Shown in pieces: positions 26,463-40,475 of a stretch of DNA of 64,000 bases (position 1 is the first letter of the stretch; each line of letters opens with the position of its first letter). The notes beneath the pieces are model-generated. The model saw nothing but the letters and a program-made list of their open reading frames with translations. It ran no database searches and was not told the DNA's origin. The position numbers were made by a program, and so were the translations under genes. The stretch comes from Leucoraja erinacea (taxonomy: Eukaryota). The stretch lies in NCBI RefSeq assembly GCF_028641065.1, contig NC_073385.1, positions 42,346,001 to 42,410,000 of the forward strand. Reading direction: 5' to 3'.

Positions 26463-26623
26463 GATGCGGGCTCAGCTACCACAAGAGATGTGCGTTCAAA
26501 ATCCCCAACAACTGCAGTGGCGTGCGCAAAAGACGCCTTTCCAATGTCTCACTAACGGGTTTGACCGCTACACGGTCCGTCTCCAATGATCTGTCGCTGA
26601 GCGCACCAGATGAAATGTCACTG
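26463..26623 (+). CDS. PRKD1: PRKD1 exon (human exon 4 equivalent), end of C1a and RRLSNVS linker
   Basis: tttgcag acceptor, CTG|gtaggt donor; 161 nt, phase 1 to 0; [54 protein letters not shown]. Confidence 0.96.
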
Positions 26624-28195
26624 GTAGGTTGTCTTAAAGAATGCTTCACATCAGTAGAATATGAATCGAGCACACTCCCAGCTTTTCCTGAATGTTTGTT
26701 TTGTTTATTATTGCCACATGTATCGAGGTGCAGTGAAAAGCTTTTTGTCGCATGCTGTCCAATCAGCGAAAAGACTATATGTGTGTACAAGTAGAAGCAA
26801 AGAACTACAGATGCTGGTTTATACCAAAGATAGACACTTGCCAAAGATAAATGCATGATTACAATCAAGCCATCCACAGTGTACTGATAAAGATAAAGGG
26901 GACAAAGGTAGCAAGATAAAGGCCAATTAAAGATAGTTCAAAGATTTCCAACGAAGTAGATGGGAGGTCAGGACCACTCTCTAGATGGTTAGAGGATGGT
27001 TCAGTTGTCTGATAACAACTGGGGAAAAAACTGTCCATGAATATGCGTTTTCAAACCTCTGTGCCTCTTGCCTGATGTGGGAGGGGAGAAGAGGGATTGA
27101 CCAGGGTGAGACTTGTTCTTGATTATGTTGGTGGCCTTGTCTAGGCAGTGTGAAGTGTAGTTGGAGTCAATGGAAGGGTGGTTGGTTTTTGTGATGGTCT
27201 GGGCTCCGTCCACAACTCTCTCTAATATCTTATGTACTTGGAGGCGGTGGGCACAGATGTACAATGGATAGTAATTTCTATGCATTGCTCTAATCCCATT
27301 TTTAACAGAATGTCTACCAAACGACTCCTAGGGTATAAAATAATCAACATCTGTTGATTTAGTCAGCAACATAATTTTTAAACATTTAGTAAATTACACA
27401 CTTTGATTACACACTGTTAATGATTCATATTTGACATAATGATTTATTCAAACATCATCTTCAGCAGACGATTAATGTAGAATTATTCTAGGGTGATCTA
27501 ATCACCTCATCCCTTCTGAAGGTAAAAATTAGAAGAACATTAAGTATTTTAGTGAAGTAAACATGTGAAAATTAATAAGCACAGTTTGTATTGTTTTACA
27601 TGGTAGGTAGCTTGGTTCGTATACCTCAATAATTGCCTCAATTGCTTTTATTTAAATAGTTGTTAATTTCAACAAATTCTCTACTGGATATTAAAACATG
27701 CTTAATGATTGTGCATAATATTCCAAAATGTATGAGCTTTTACATTTCTTCAAAGAGAGCAACTTGTTATACCACTATCAGATGTTTACTGTGTTTTGCT
27801 CAGTGTTGTAGTGCTAGGCTCCACTTAGTAATCCGGTTTCATGTTAAGGTTGGGACCAATTTCGTGCACAGCAAAGCCCATTAGCTGGAAGTGGAGAAGT
27901 GCTCTTTTAGTACAAGTGACTGGAAATCTGTTGTTCCAACAAAAAATAGGTCAACTCAAAAAGTAGATGTAAGCAATCAAGGTCACTAAACTAAACATTG
28001 TATACATCTCCGCACATTGAAGGTTCAATTGATTCAACTGTCACTTGAGTTTGACTTTAGTGTAGTGCCACATGTAGCGAGGTTTATACCCAAATGTGCA
28101 TACAAATAACAATCCAGATCAGGATTCAGAATAAAAAAATCCCCCCAAAATTCTCACAAATTATCAATGGACCGTCTTGCACTCTAAGTCTGCAA

Positions 28196-28320
28196 GACAA
28201 ACCCCCTCAAGATATACCTACTTTGAAGATGTCCTCCTCCTCTCTCCTAATCAATCTCCTCAAAGTAAGTCTACTTTGAAGAAGCTCTCCTCCTCTGTCC
28301 AAAACAATCACCTCAAGACA
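28196..28320. repeat. Short imperfect tandem duplication (about 53-bp unit)
   Basis: ctactttgaaga..tcctcctct.tcc..aatc.cctcaa occurs about twice. Confidence 0.6.
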
Positions 28321-30891
28321 AAAGCTCAGTTTAGTTTCAACTCTCCTGAGGTAGTTTATTCATCTTTTAAGAAACGTGGCATAATTTGAGTTTTATAGTA
28401 TTAAGTAGTGTAGGATTCAATGGTGGATGAGTGCTGATATTTAAACAGGTAATAATTCAGTGATATCCCTGGCTGGGAAATTGTTTAATGCCACATCCTG
28501 GATGCTGTTTCCATAAAGCACAGGATGTAAGTGTTTATTTTACAATTTATTAAGATGGTAAAAGTCTCAAAATGATTAAAGAGGATAAATCCATACAAGA
28601 GCATTGAAATTAAGTGAAGATTACTTAAACATTTTCCCATTGAAAGCTCTAAAATATTAGAAAGGAAATATTAATGATTGGTGCATAATTCTTAATATTG
28701 ATAATGATCAATAGAGCTTTAGAGAATTAAATTGGATATCGTTTGCGATTTGACTCATGGCTTTAAACTGCAAGCATACATTCCGATTGCTTGATAATGC
28801 ATCCGCAGATCATTGATTTATGAATCTCTTCCCAAATCTTTCCTTGTTTTCCTTCCAGCTCATTATACATCTCGCACTGCAGTTGCAACGTTTGCCATTG
28901 TTTTTCTCTTTGTTCTATCTTTATTGTGCATATATGGGCAGCTCTGTTATAAAACAAACACAAGAACACTGCCCTGTTATCTCCTTAGCCACTTATTTTT
29001 ATCAGTTATCACAGGAAAGAAACAGAACCTAAGAACTGTTTGTGTCCTTGATCAACAAACGGCTCGTTTACATTTTTGTTGAAACTTTCCATCTGTTCTG
29101 GCATTCAGTGTGAAATGAAAATGCTGTGCATTCCAACACAATGATGATTGGTTCTCTCCTATAAAGAACAATGGTCAATACCAAGATATAACAGTCATTC
29201 AATAAAAAAATTAGCTCTTATGTGATAATACTGATGACCGGGAGCAAAATACCCAAATACTCAATCTCCGAGCTTCTCAAGTCTTATATTAAAAAGGTGG
29301 CAGTCTCCATAAATGCTTTCTTTCCTCTCGCTGTTGCCCTATTCCACATGTAAGTGGCATGGAGGACCCGCCTAATGTCAATGTGCTGTATCAATGCAAG
29401 TGGTTATGTCTGGTATATATACGTAAGCTGCTTAAATGTCACCACACTGCTGTTAGTTCAACGCACAGCACCAACATGACCTTGACTGAAGTTCAGCAAA
29501 CCATTAGCGTGCCTCTGAGAATGTCACCAAAAGGCCAGAATTATTTGATGATAAACCCATCAAACATGATCCATCATCACAACTGCCTATGAAATATTTT
29601 TGTAACCCTAATGTGCCATAAATACAATGCATTCTACTGAAATCGTTAATTATATGAAAATCTTCCAAATAATAGTATCAATTCTCAATTCTCATTTCTC
29701 AAGAATAGATAGTTTAGTTTAGTTTATTATTGTCACGTGTGCCGAGGTACAGTGAAAAGCTTTTTGTTGCATGCTATGCAGTCAGCAGAAAGACCACACA
29801 ATTACAATCAAGTCGTCCATAGTGTAGAGGCTAAAGCATATAACATTTAGTACAAGATGAAGTCCAGCAAAATCAGATTAAAGATTGACACAAAATGCTG
29901 AAGTAACTCAGAGGGTCAGGCAGCATCACTGGAGAAATCGAATAGGTGACGTTTTGGGTCTGAACCCTTCTTCAGAGATGCTTCCTGACCCCTGAGTTAT
30001 TCCAGCACTTTGAGTCTATAGTTGGTATATATCAGCATCTGAAATTCCTTCCTACACATCCAATTAAAGATAGTTTGAAGGTCTATAATGAGGTAGATGG
30101 GAGGTCAGGACAGCTCTTTAGCTGATGCTAGGACAGTTCAGTTGCTAGATAGCAGCTGGGAAGAAACTGTCCCTGAATCTAGAGGTATACATTTTCAAAC
30201 TTCTGTACCTCTTGCCTGATGGGAGAGGGGATAAGAGGGAATGACCAGGGTGAGACTGGTCCTTGATTATGCTGGTGGCCTTGCCGAGGCAGTGTGAAGT
30301 ATAGATGTATAGAGTAAATGGTAGGGAGGTTGGTTTGCGTGATGGTCTGGGCTACATCCATAACTGTCTGCAGTTTCTTGGGGTCTTGGATGGAGCTGTT
30401 CCAGATTATCCTGTGATTCATCCCGATAAAATGATAGCTTGGTTTGCCATTCAATATGATGGTGGCAGATTATTCCACATTTAGCTTGGGCCCCATATCT
30501 GAGGAAAGATGTGTTGGCATTGGAGAGGGTCCAAAGGTAGTTTACGAGAATGAGCCCAGGAATGATTGGGTTAGCATATGATGAGCATTTGACGGCGCTG
30601 CGCTTGCACTCATTGGAGTTTAGAAGGAAGCGGGGGGACCTCATTGAAACTTACCGAATAGTTGAAAGGCCAGGATAGAGTGGACGTGGAGAGGATGTTT
30701 CCACTGGTGGGAGAGTCTAGGAGCAGAAGGCACAGCCTCAGAAGGAAAGGACGTGCGTACTTTTAGAAAAGAGATGCAGAGGAATTGTTTTAGTCAGAGG
30801 GTGATGAATCTGTGGAATTCATTGCCACAGACAGATGTGGAGGCCAAATATTTGGATATTTTTGAGGAGATTGATAGATTCTTGATTAGTT

Positions 30892-31676
30892 AGAGAGAGT
30901 TTTCTTTATTGTCATTCAAACAATAGTTTGAACGAAATTGCGTACCTTGCAGTCATGACAGAAAAAAAAGCAACAGAACACACAATGAACACAGTTTAAC
31001 ACAAACATCCATCACAGTGAATCTCCAGGCACCTCCTCACTGTGATGGAAGGCAAAAAGTCTTATCTCTTCCTTGCTTGTTCTCCCGCTGCATTGAGGCG
31101 ATCCCGGCTCTCGATGTTGGGGCCCCCGCCAGGTGATGGTAAGTCCCGCGGCCGATCCCAAGCTCCGCGAACGGGCCAATTCAAACTCTGCGACCCGGGG
31201 CGGACAAAGCTGCAACCTCCAGTCCAGCGGACGAAGCTGTTGTTGCGGGAGCTCCCGAGAATCGGTCAACAACCTGGGACCTGCGAGCTCCCGATGTTAC
31301 CGTCCACAGGGCCCGCGGCCGAAGCCTCCGAAGCTCCGAAGTCGGGTTGCAGCCACAGCCTCCGAAGCCAGCCAGCTCCGTGATGGTTAGTCCACAGGCT
31401 CTGCCACCGGAGCCTCAAGGTCCATTCTAGTTGGAGGCCGCCAGCTCCACAATATTAGGCCTCAGTGCAGATGGAGACGGAGATACGACAAGGAAAAGGT
31501 CGCATTCCCGTTGAAGGAAGAGGTTTAAAAAAAAGTTTCCCCCCACACATACAGAACTAACCATAAACTAAAACATTCATCTAACAAGACAAAAGAAAAC
31601 AAAAAAAAAGGAAAAGACAGACAGACTGCAGGTGAGCCGCAGCTGCTTGGCAGCACCGCTACTTCCGGAAGGTTCC
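30892..31676 (-). mobile_element. GC-rich non-autonomous retroposon, same architecture as 10811-11684
   Basis: Interrupts a CR1 3' tail (gattagt | ggggtgtcgggttatggggagaa). Shares the T/G tracts, GCGAC..TTTTCC.TGTCG motif and 3' hairpin. Confidence 0.75.
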
Positions 31677-32155
31677 ATTAATAGGGGTGTCGGGTTATGG
31701 GGAGAAAGCAGGAGAATGGGGTTGAGAGGTAAAGATAGATCAGCCATGATTGAGTGGCGGGGTAGACTTGATGGGCCTAATGGCCAAAAATGTTCCTATA
31801 ACTTATCAACTGCTCACACTTTCTTCCCTTATTTCACTATCTCTCTATCCCTAAGAAGAATATTTAACTCTTTTTGTGAATGTGCTAAGGGATTAGCTGC
31901 CTTCTAGGGTGGCACAGTGGCACAGTGGTAGAGCTACTGCCTGAAAGCACCCAAGACCCGGGTTCGACCCTGACTATGGGTGCTTGGCTCTATGGAGTTT
32001 GCACGTCCTCCTGGTCGGTGTGGATCTGGTGGGCCATAGGGCCTGTTTCCGTGCTGTACCTCTAAAACTAAAATCTAACACCAATGGTTCACTTCCCTCT
32101 GGGGGAAGAAACCTTTCCTCCTCGGTATCTCCTCAGTCCAATCCTGTAAGAATTG

Positions 32156-32530
32156 TAGACAGACACAAAATGCTGGAGTGACTCAGTGGGTCAGACAGCA
32201 TCTCCGGAGAAAAGGAATAGGTGACGTTTCGGTTGAGACCCTTCTTCAGACTGAAAGGATTGTGCTAGATAAGGAGGAGTGAAAAGTACAGCCAGAGGGT
32301 TTTGGTTATATTTTATCTCCCTATGCAGTCTTCTCTGTCCTTGACCTCTTCCACAGCCAGCGTGAGGCCACACGCAAACTGGAAGAACAGTACTTTATTT
32401 TCTGCTTGGGTAGCTTACAGCCCAACAGTATGAACACTGAATTCTCAAATTTCAAGTAACATACCCCCCCAACAACCCTCCCCTCTTTCCTCTGCCCCCC
32501 TCGCCCATCCTGGTGTGCACGCATATTTCC
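32156..32530 (+). mobile_element. Penelope-like element remnant: inverted pLTR piece plus GIY-YIG ORF C-terminus
   Basis: 32325-32459 reads FSVLDLFHSQREATRKLEEQYFIFCLGSLQPNSMNTEFSNFK*, a typical Penelope C-terminus. It is preceded by a minus-strand pLTR containing a hammerhead core. Confidence 0.8.
32221..32251 (-). ncRNA. Minimal hammerhead ribozyme motif in a Penelope pLTR
   Basis: GU CUGAAGA AGGGUCUCAACC GAAAC GUC AC. Confidence 0.6.
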
Positions 32531-32872
32531 TGCCATCCCAGTCACCCTTCTCAACTCCTCCTCTTCATTCACCTTGAGGGGATCATGATGGGGATCGTGG
32601 TAGAGTGAATAACAAGGGAAATGGATCGGATGAATGTTCAGAGTCTTTTCCCCAGAGTAGAGCAACCAAATACCAGAGGACATAGGTTTAAGGTGAAATG
32701 GGAAATATTTAATTGAAACATGAGAGGCAACTGTTTCACCAGTGTATGGTGTGTATAGTTTAGTTTAGAGATACAGCGTGGAAACAGGCCTTTCGGCCCA
32801 CCAAGTCCATGCCGACCAGCGATCCCCATTCACGAATTCTATCCTCTTCGGGAACAAGCAGGGGCTGGCTTG

Positions 32873-32908
32873 GCGGCTCCCTCTACTGGCCGCGGCCTTC
32901 CACTGCTC
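32873..32908 (-). promoter_or_regulatory. CTCF motif with upstream module
   Basis: Minus strand GAGCAGTGGAAGGCCGCG-GCCAGTAGAGGGAGCCGC: core plus a GCAGTG upstream motif at canonical spacing, in non-repeat DNA. Confidence 0.6.
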
Positions 32909-33884
32909 AATTTAATTTCAATGTTATTGAAATTTTGCTTCTCTATTAAATTCCACTGCTACGCTGTTAATTGTGCAAATTTATCTGCAATACAACATTG
33001 GCTCAATGTCAGTGAAATCATCGCTAACCTTTTTAATGTGGAGCTGCTAATAGTCCATGGTGTCATTAACACACAGGGTGCCATAGGGGTATATCCATTA
33101 GCCCATCAAAATGTTAACATTAACTGAATGAGTCTCTTTGAAATACTACCCCAATGGATGTTATTAATATATTTGTGTCTTTAAGGTGTTACAGTAATAC
33201 TAACACCAGCTCACTCAGTGTTACTGGAATGTGAGCATCAGCTTCAATGGTTATCACTGAGCTAATAATGATAACCAAATAAAAATAATTGAAATATTGA
33301 TATTATTCCATTGAATATTACTCAAGTGCTGGCATTACCCCAGGGTTCAATTAAACACTAATATTAGCCAGGCCATTGTCACTCAACAGCTAATTTTAAT
33401 TAAATGAATATCTATGAAATGATAATGTTAATTAGCTCAGATTGCCAGCATTTAATCTCAGGTAAGCAGTTAACGGTTCATCTTGAATTGGAGCTATCTT
33501 AATTGAAGGTTATTAAAAAAAATAGAAGCAAGGAACTGCAGATGCTTCGTTTACACAAAAGAACACAAAATGCTGGAGTAACAGCAGGTCAGGCAGCATT
33601 TGTGGGTAAGGCTAATGGTTTGAGTTGGGATCCTTCTTTAGCACTACGAAATTACTTGCATAATATGATTTTTAAATAACAAAAGGACACAAAGTGCTGG
33701 AGTAACACAGTGGGTCAGGCAGCATCTCTGGAGAATGTGAATAGGTGATCTTTCAGGTCAGGACCCTTCTGACCCTTTGTGATCAGTCTGCCCCCTTCGG
33801 GATAGCAATGCTAATCCCAGCCAATGATAGATCCTGCACCCAGCTGATCTTTGAACGATCAGAGGCCTTGTCCCCAATTAACCT

Positions 33885-34450
33885 CTTTTATTTAATCAAA
33901 ACATTTATTTAATTATTAAAAATAATATTTACAATACTATAAAACAAACCAGAACCCACCGCCATATTATAAGACAAACAAATATACTAAATAAACTACT
34001 AAACAACTATGTTACAATCCTTCGCAAGGATGCATTCAACCCCCCGCGGTGCCCAACGGTCCTGGAAATCCCCCAGGGTGCCCGTGGACAGTGCGTAGTC
34101 CCTCTCCAACACCACCTGGATGTGGACGTAACCCCGGAAAGGGGCAGGCAGCCGGCTCGGGCAGGCATAACCAGCTTTATTTTGTAGTATCAGAAATAAT
34201 TAATTTAATTATGGTCACGATACAAAGCAAAACCATGGTAACACACCCACTACCATAGTACAAAATCACCAAATTATCTGGACACTAAATTTTCAATATA
34301 CTATATACTAAGTAACTACTATACAACTATATCCCTCTCTAACACCACCCGGGCGCGGATATACCCCTGAGAAAGGGGCAAGCATCTGGCTCGGGTAAAG
34401 CACTCTTCCGCCTGGCGCCGTGACTCGCGGATGGCCAGCTTGGTCACCCA
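33885..34450 (-). mobile_element. Two adjacent Tx1 (L1-clade) 3' fragments
   Basis: CLP.FRGYV..VVLERDYALSTGTLGDFQDRWAPRG and KLAIRESRRQA..CLPLSQGYIRARVVLER, each with an A-rich 3' UTR. Confidence 0.7.
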
Positions 34451-35117
34451 ATGAACCTCTAGTTTGGGAACCATCACTGGGTCAGTCTGGTATCCAGAGA
34501 GAGACGGCTGCATCCTGACCTTGCATAAGCCTGATCTGATATCTAAAGTGACACCCAAGAAGGCAACATGTCGAGAGCTTGTTTAAAATTTAAATAGAAT
34601 AAAAAATATTGATGAAAAAGATAAATGACATTAAACCAGACAGTGTGCTGACACATGAGATGCCATGATAGTGGATGATACCTTCAAGGGATTTGCTGTT
34701 TTCAAAGCTGCATATCGAGGATAAGGGTACCTCATGTTTTACCAAATACAGGAGCGGTGCGGAACTATTCATTGCCCAATGTGGAATAAGAGCAGCAGGT
34801 GCAGTGTGACATTTTCTGCCTTTAAACTCTTTCACCTTGTAAATGAAAAAAACATGCTTCTTAGTTCCGATCTTTCAAGGCATAGACTTTGCATGTGTGC
34901 GTTTCCCGTGATATTAATAGCCCATTTATCTACACTGAGGAATCAGACTTAATCTGAAGTACTGCAATAATTATCTTTTGAAACAAGTGTAATAGCAAGT
35001 GAAACTAATATGCAACTGTGCCATGTCAGATGATGTGAGCAACAAGAATCCAGGAGACTTGCAGTAGCAGTTGTCCTCACACAGTGAGCAGTGTCATGAT
35101 TGCTGTTGTTAAAAGAC

Positions 35118-38100
35118 TCGAGGATGGTCTGTTGCCTCCCTGGTGCCAGGGTTCAAGATGTCACAAAGCAAGTTCAGAACATCCTCGAGTGGGAAGGTGA
35201 ACAGTCGGCAGTAGTTGTGCATGTAGGCACAAACGACATTGTAAAGAAGAGGAAGGTGGTTCTGTAACGTGAGTTTAGAGAGTTAGGATAAAGACTGAAA
35301 AGCAGGACTTCTAGGGTAATTATCTCTGGATTGCTTCCACTACCTCGTGCCAGTGAGGACAGGGACAGGGAGATAGGGGATCTGAAGGTATGGCTGAGGG
35401 GCTGGTGTAGGGAGCAAGGATTTAGATTTATAGACCACTGAGGTCTCTTCTGCGATAGGGGTGACCCGTACAAAAGAGATGGGTTACACCTTAACTGGAG
35501 GGGGACCGACTTTCTGGCAGGCAGGTTTAAACTAAATAGTGGGGGGGGGGGATGGATTGACAAATTGGGAGTATAAAAAGTAAAACAATTAAAGGGGAAG
35601 TGAGTACAGGAAAAGTTACATAAGACTCCTGAATTAATGGGAAGGATAAGAGAGTAAGGTCAGGGCCAATTATGAGCGGTGTGAGAGGGGAGATGGATAC
35701 CGAAGTCAGTGTTGTCTATGAATGCGCGAAGTATAAGAAATAAAGTGGACGAGCTTGAGGCTCAGTTAGAATTTGGCAAGTATGATGTTGTGGGAATTAC
35801 TGAGACATGGCTGCAAGAGGGCCAGGGCTGGGAACTGAATATTCAAGGGTATACGTCCTATCGAAAAACCAGACAGGTGGGCAGAGGGGGTGGGGTAGCT
35901 CTGTTGGTGAGGAATTAAATTCAGTCCCTTGCGAGGGGTGACATTGAAACAGGAGATGTGGAGTCAGTATGGATAGAACTAAGGAATTGTAAGGGTAAAA
36001 ATACCCTAATGGGAGTTATCTACAGGCCCCCAAACAGTAGCCTGGGTATAGGGTGCAAGTTGAATCAAGAGTTAAAATTGGCATGTTGTAAAGGTAATGC
36101 TACGGTTGTTATGGGAGATTTCAACATGCAGGTAGACTGGGGAAACCAGGTTGGTACTGAACCCTAAGAAAGGGAGTTTGCGGAGTGCCAACGTGATGGA
36201 TTCTTAGAGCAGCTTGTACTGGAGCCTACCAGAGAGAAGGCAATTCTGGATTTAGTGTTGTGCATTGAACCAGATTTGATAAGGGAACTGGAGGTTAAGG
36301 AGCCATTTGGAGGTAGTGACAATAATATGGTAAGTTTTAATCTACAATTTGAGAGGGAGAAGGGTAAATCAGAGGTGTCAGTGTTACAGTTGAGCAAAGG
36401 GGACTATGGAGCTATGAGGGAGGAGCTGGCCAAAGTTGACTGGAAAGATACACTAGCAGGGATGACAGTGGAACAACAATGGCAGGTATTTCTGGGAATA
36501 ATACAGAAGATGCAGGATCAGTTCATTCCAAAGAGGAAGAAAGATTCCAAGGGGAGTAAGGGGAGACCGTGGCTGACAAGGGAAGTCACGGAGAGTATAA
36601 AAATAAAAGAGAAGTACAACGTAGCAAAGATGAGCAGGAAGCAAGAGGATTGGGTAATGTTTAAAGAGCAACAGAAGATAACTAAAAAGGCAATACGGGG
36701 AGAAAAGATGAGGTACGACGGTAAGCTAGCCAAGAATATAAAGGAGGATAATAAAAGCTTGTTTAGGTATGTGAAGAGGAAAACATTAGTTAAGACCAAC
36801 GTTGGACCCTTGAAGACTGAAAAAGGTGAATTTATTATGGGGAACAAGGAAATGGCTTCACTCAGGAGGACACAAACAATTTCCCAGATGTACTAGTGGC
36901 CAGAGGATCTGGGGTGATGGAGGAACTGAAGGAAATTCACATTAGGCAGGAAATTGTGTTGGGTAGACTGTTGAGTCTGAAAGCAGATAAATCCCCAGGG
37001 CCTGATGGTCTGCATCCCAGGGTACTCAAGGAAGTGGCTCTACAAATCGTGGTCGCATTGGTGATCATTTTTCAATGTTCTTTCGATTCAGGATCAGTTC
37101 CTGTGGATTGGAGGGTAGTTAATGTTATCCCAGTTTTTAAGAAAAGATGGAGAGAAAACAGGGAATTATAGACCAGTTAGCCTGACATCGGTGGTGGGAA
37201 GATGCTGGAGTCAATCATAAAAGATGAAATAGCGGCACATTTGGATAGCAGTAACAGGATCGGTCCGAGTCAGCATGGATTTACGAAGGGGAAATCATGC
37301 TTGATTAATCTTTTGGAGTTTTTTGAGGATGTAACTAGGAAAATGGACAAGGGAGAGCCAGTGGATGTAGTGTACCTGAACTTTCAGAATGCATTTGATA
37401 AGGTCCCACATAGGAGATTAGTGGGCAAAATTAGAGCACATGGTATTGGGGGTAGAGTGCTGACATGGATAGAAAATTGGTTGGCAGACAGGAAACAAAG
37501 AGTAGGGATTAACAGGTCCCTTTCAGAATGGCATGCAGTGACTAGTGGGGTACCACAAGGCTCGGTGCTGGGACCGCAGCTATTTACAATATATATCAAT
37601 GATTTAGATGAAGAAATTCAAAGTAACATTAGCAATTATGCAGATGGCACAAAGCTGGGTGGCAGTGTGAACTGTGAGGAGGATGCTGTGAGAATGCAGG
37701 GAGACTTGGACAGGTTGGGTGAGTGGGCAGATGCATGGCAGGTGCAGTTTAATGTGGATAAATGTTAGGTTATCCACATTGGTAGCAAAAACAGGAGGGT
37801 AGATAATTATCTAAATGGTGTCAAGTTGGGAAAAGGGGAAGTACATTGGGATCTGGGGGTCCTTGTTCATCAGTCAATAGAATGAAAGTAAGCAATGAAA
37901 GTGCAGGTACAGCAGGCAGTGAAGAAAGCAAATGGCATGTTTGCCTTCATAACAAGAGGAGTTGAGTATAGGAGCAAAGAGGTCCTTCTGTAGTTGTACA
38001 GGGCCCCAGTGAGACCACACCTGGTGTATTGTGTGCAGTTTTGGTCCCCTAATTTGGGGAAGGACATTCTTGCTATTGAGGGAGTGCAGCGTAGGTTCAC

Positions 38101-38568
38101 AAGGTTAATTCCCGGGATGTCATATGCTGAGAGAATGGAGCGGCTGGGCTTGTATACTCTAGAATTTAGAAGGTTGAGAGGAGATCTTATTGAATCATAT
38201 AAGATTATTAAGGGTTTGAACACGTTAGAGGCAGGAAACATGTTCCCGATGTAGGGGGAGTGCAGAACCAGGGGCCACAGTTTAAGAATAAAGGGTAAGC
38301 CATTTAGAACGGAGATGTGGAAACACTTTTTCACACAGAGAGTTGTGAGTCTGTGGAATTCTCTGCCTCAGAGGGCGGTGGAGGCCGGTTCTCTGGATAC
38401 TTTCAAGAGAGAACAAGATAAGGCTCTTAAAGATAGGGGATATGGGGAGAAGGCAGGAAAGGGGTACTGATTGGGAATGATCAGCCATGATCACATTGAA
38501 TGGTGGTGCTGGCTCGAAGGGCCGAATTGCCTACTCCTGCACCTATTGCCTATTGTCTATTGTTTATA
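35118..38568 (+). mobile_element. Near full-length CR1 (HER1-like) LINE, degenerate
   Basis: ORF1 SGNH/esterase remnant (CLPGARVQD, HVGTND, RDGLHLN); ORF2 APE endonuclease (MNARSIRNK, ITETW, GDFN); RT (QHGF, GVPQGSVLGP, YADGTK); (tattg)-like 3' repeat. Confidence 0.93.
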
Positions 38569-38664
38569 AATTTGTAAATTATAGGAGCAGAATTAGGCCA
38601 TTCGGCCCATCAAGTCTACTCCGCCAATCAATTATGGCTGATCTATCTTATCCTTTCAACCCCA

Positions 38665-39330
38665 GTCAAGTTAAGTCAACTTTATTTGTCATACACATAC
38701 AAGATGTACAGTGAAATGAAAGTGGCAACAATTGTGGGACTGTGTAGAACAACAGAACAGAATAGAACAGAACCAGTGTTTACATTAAAAAAAGAAGACG
38801 CAACAGTATTTACGCCCTGGTGAGATCAGAGTTTACAGTCCTGATGGCCTGTGGGAAGAAACTCTGTCTCAGCCTCTCTGTTTTTGCTGCGTGACAGTGG
38901 AGGCGCTTGCCTGACCGCAGCAGCTGGAACAGGCCATTGCTGGGGTGGTAGGGGTCCTTCGTGATCCTGCAGGTTTTGGATCTGCACCTCCTGGCATATA
39001 GGTCCTGCCGGGGGGGGGGCGAGTGTAGTTCCCGTGGTGCATTCGGCCAAACACACTACTCTCTGCAGAGCCTTCCCGTCCTGGGCAGAGCTGTTGCCAA
39101 ACCAGACAGAGATGTTTCCGGTCAGGATGCTTTCTACAGCACCAGAGTAGAAGGATTGAAGGATCCTCAGAGAGACTCTGAATTTCCTCAGCTGCCTGAG
39201 GTGGTAAAGGTGCTGCCTTGCCTTTCTCACCAGTGTGGCAGTGTGTGATGTCCATGTCAGATCCTTTGTGATGTGGAATCCCAGGTATTTAAAGCTGCTC
39301 ACCCTATCCACAGTTGTCCCATTAATCCCC
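38665..39330 (-). mobile_element. Rex1/Babar LINE 3' fragment
   Basis: VDRVSSFKYLGFHITKDLTW..KARQHLYHLRQLRKF..FYSGAVESILTGNISVWFG; tail aataaagttgacttaacttgac. Confidence 0.85.
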
Positions 39331-40165
39331 AGGCCCAATACATGTACGAGAGGCTCTTCATAACAATCCCAATGCTTTTCTCCACTTTAAGTGGTAATGA
39401 GCGAGAGATTCCCAGGAGCTAGTGGGGATGTTGTAGTTCTTCAAGGAATACATCCTTAACACTTTTCCCATATCCACATGATAATCTCCCCTCATGACCG
39501 AAGGAGCCAACTGAGGTGTGAAGACCTCACGGCTGAAGATGTGGACCTCAGGGAAAACACTGGTGGTGGCTTACTTATCTTTACAATTAATCTAGTGTCC
39601 TTTATGGACGCCTTGAAGTGCCTGCTGTATCATCTGGATTTCACAACTTTATAGAGTCATAGGGTCATAGTGTTGAAAGAGGCCCTTTGGCTCACCTTGC
39701 CCATACCAACCACCATGCCCTATCTACACTAGTCCCACCTGCTTGTGTTTGGCCCTCGTCCCTCTAAACCTACCCTATCCATATACCATCCAAATCTTTT
39801 TTGAAGTGATTGTACCTGCCTCAGCTACCTCCTCCAGCAGCTCGTTCCATAAACCTACCACCCCTTGTTTAAAAAGGTTGCCCCTCGGGCTCCTATCAAA
39901 TCTTTCCCCCTCACCTTAAATCTATGTTCTCTGGTTCTTGATTCCCCTACTATGGGTAAAACAAGACTGTGCATTTACCCTATATAATCCTCTCATGATC
40001 TTATACATCTCTATGAAATGAGCCCTGCATGGACGTTGATGGTAAAGTCCCCCTACTTCTATGGTCCCATGCAGATGTCCACAGTTGCTTGGAGGTCCAA
40101 CGCCATACATACCAGAGATCAACCTCTGCACTCTGGAAACCTTTGCTCTGGAGTGCAGTCACATA

Positions 40166-40475
40166 GGGGGGCACAGTGGTGCAGCGTTAGAGTTGCTGCC
40201 TTAAAGCGGCAGTGACCCAGGTTCAATCCTGACTACGGGTTCTGTATGTACGGAGTTTGTACGATCTCCCTGTGACCGCATGGGCTTTCTCCAGGTGCTC
40301 CCATTTCCTCCCACACTCTAAAGACGTACAGGTTTGTAGGTTAATTGGCTTTTGTAAATTGTAAATTGTCCCTAGTGTGTAGGATGGTGTTAGAGTACAG
40401 GGTGGTTGCTGGTCGGCTTGGACTCAGTGGGCCTCAGGGCTTGTTTCCACTCTGTATCTCTAAATTAGAGTAAAG
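40166..40475 (+). mobile_element. V-type SINE
   Basis: Complete head, core and tail. Further copies near 43535-43840 (-), 45610-45830, 47085-47380 (-), 50789-51060, 52520-52840, 57055-57355 (-) and 63870-64000. Confidence 0.85.

Noticed and set aside
28196-28320. CRISPR-like repeat-spacer pattern
   Set aside because: Vertebrate DNA; only an imperfect tandem duplication; no unique spacers or cas genes.
32100-32150. Possible 9-nt micro-exon (ctcag TCCAATCCT gtaaga), or SSVSPQ resembling SPVSPG
   Set aside because: The sequence matches a decayed minus-strand CR1 segment (tccaaccccttaagaatt); the resemblance is probably chance.
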